Origin: Toensbergia leucococca
Taxonomy: Eukaryota
DNA: 64,000 bases
Assembly: GCA_022813965.1 (NCBI GenBank)
Contig: JALDZS010000002.1
Coordinates: 372,001-436,000 of the forward strand
Reading direction: 5' to 3'
Numbering within the stretch: position 1 is the first letter of the stretch; every line of letters begins with the position of its first letter. Shown here in pieces: positions 63,717 through 64,000 of the stretch. A model generated the notes under the pieces. It searched no databases. It saw only the letters and a list, made by a program, of their open reading frames with translations, and had not been told where the DNA came from. Both the position numbers and the translations under genes were made by a program.

Positions 63717-64000
63717 ATGGCCCACAAACGATCGCGTGCAATCTACGAAGCAGATCTACAGCTTCAGCAATCGCCTTATGTTGTCTTTGGAACTCCACTT
63801 CCACCTTTGGACCCGGACGTCCGTGACGACGGATCATACGTCCCAGTCTGGAAACAAGAGGTTACTGATGAACAAGGGAGAAAGCGATTGCATGGCGCAT
63901 TTACTGGTGGCTTCAGCGCGGGGTATTCCTAAACCTTCTTCAAAGAGATACCGCTTTGGTCACGATTGACGATGGGCATGCAGATACTTCAACACCGTAG
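63717..64000 (+). CDS. G-patch domain-containing protein 1-like (DUF1604 N-terminus), partial
   Basis: [33 protein letters not shown] across an intron; hallmark of GPATCH1/TGH; runs off the window. Confidence 0.9.

Noticed and set aside
1..64000. tRNA, rRNA, CRISPR arrays, transposase or PKS/NRPS genes
   Set aside because: None recognised by eye; isolated GGTTCGA hits (about 11407, 33220) lack cloverleaf context. A tRNAscan-SE/Rfam run would be needed to exclude small RNAs.

Overview
Eukaryotic, gene-dense window from a filamentous ascomycete (Pezizomycotina; short GT-AG introns with CTRAC/CTAAC branch points; a finer taxonomic call is not possible from sequence alone). About 24 intron-containing protein-coding genes. 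Most are conserved housekeeping loci: RTT107/Brc1-like (partial), a PTS1-bearing alpha/beta hydrolase, alkaline ceramidase, prefoldin 1, HEM25, a TRAPPC11/Gryzun-like gene, a UBTD-like protein, CCH1, DIM-5/Clr4, RRP1, sphingoid base kinase, SEC26, mago nashi, GID4, GCN20, a DDT/WHIM/PHD chromatin protein, CAF40, KIN1 and a GPATCH1-like gene (partial). Most notable: (1) an accessory-looking module at 53.0-58.9 kb made of an FMN alpha-hydroxy-acid oxidase, a FarA/FarB(CTF1)-like Zn2Cys6 factor, two CCGAGG boxes in the oxidase promoter and a complete 609-bp MITE with long TIRs and an 8-bp TSD upstream of the factor; (2) a TRAPPC11/Gryzun gene with an intact C-terminal part but no N-terminal part; (3) an H3K9 methyltransferase gene with a micro-exon-built 5' end lying in an AT-rich, almost CpG-free patch; (4) an unusually long, hairpin-rich intron in RRP1. 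No rRNA, tRNA or CRISPR was recognised. Gene models were spliced by eye, and family assignments come from recalled motifs, not database searches.
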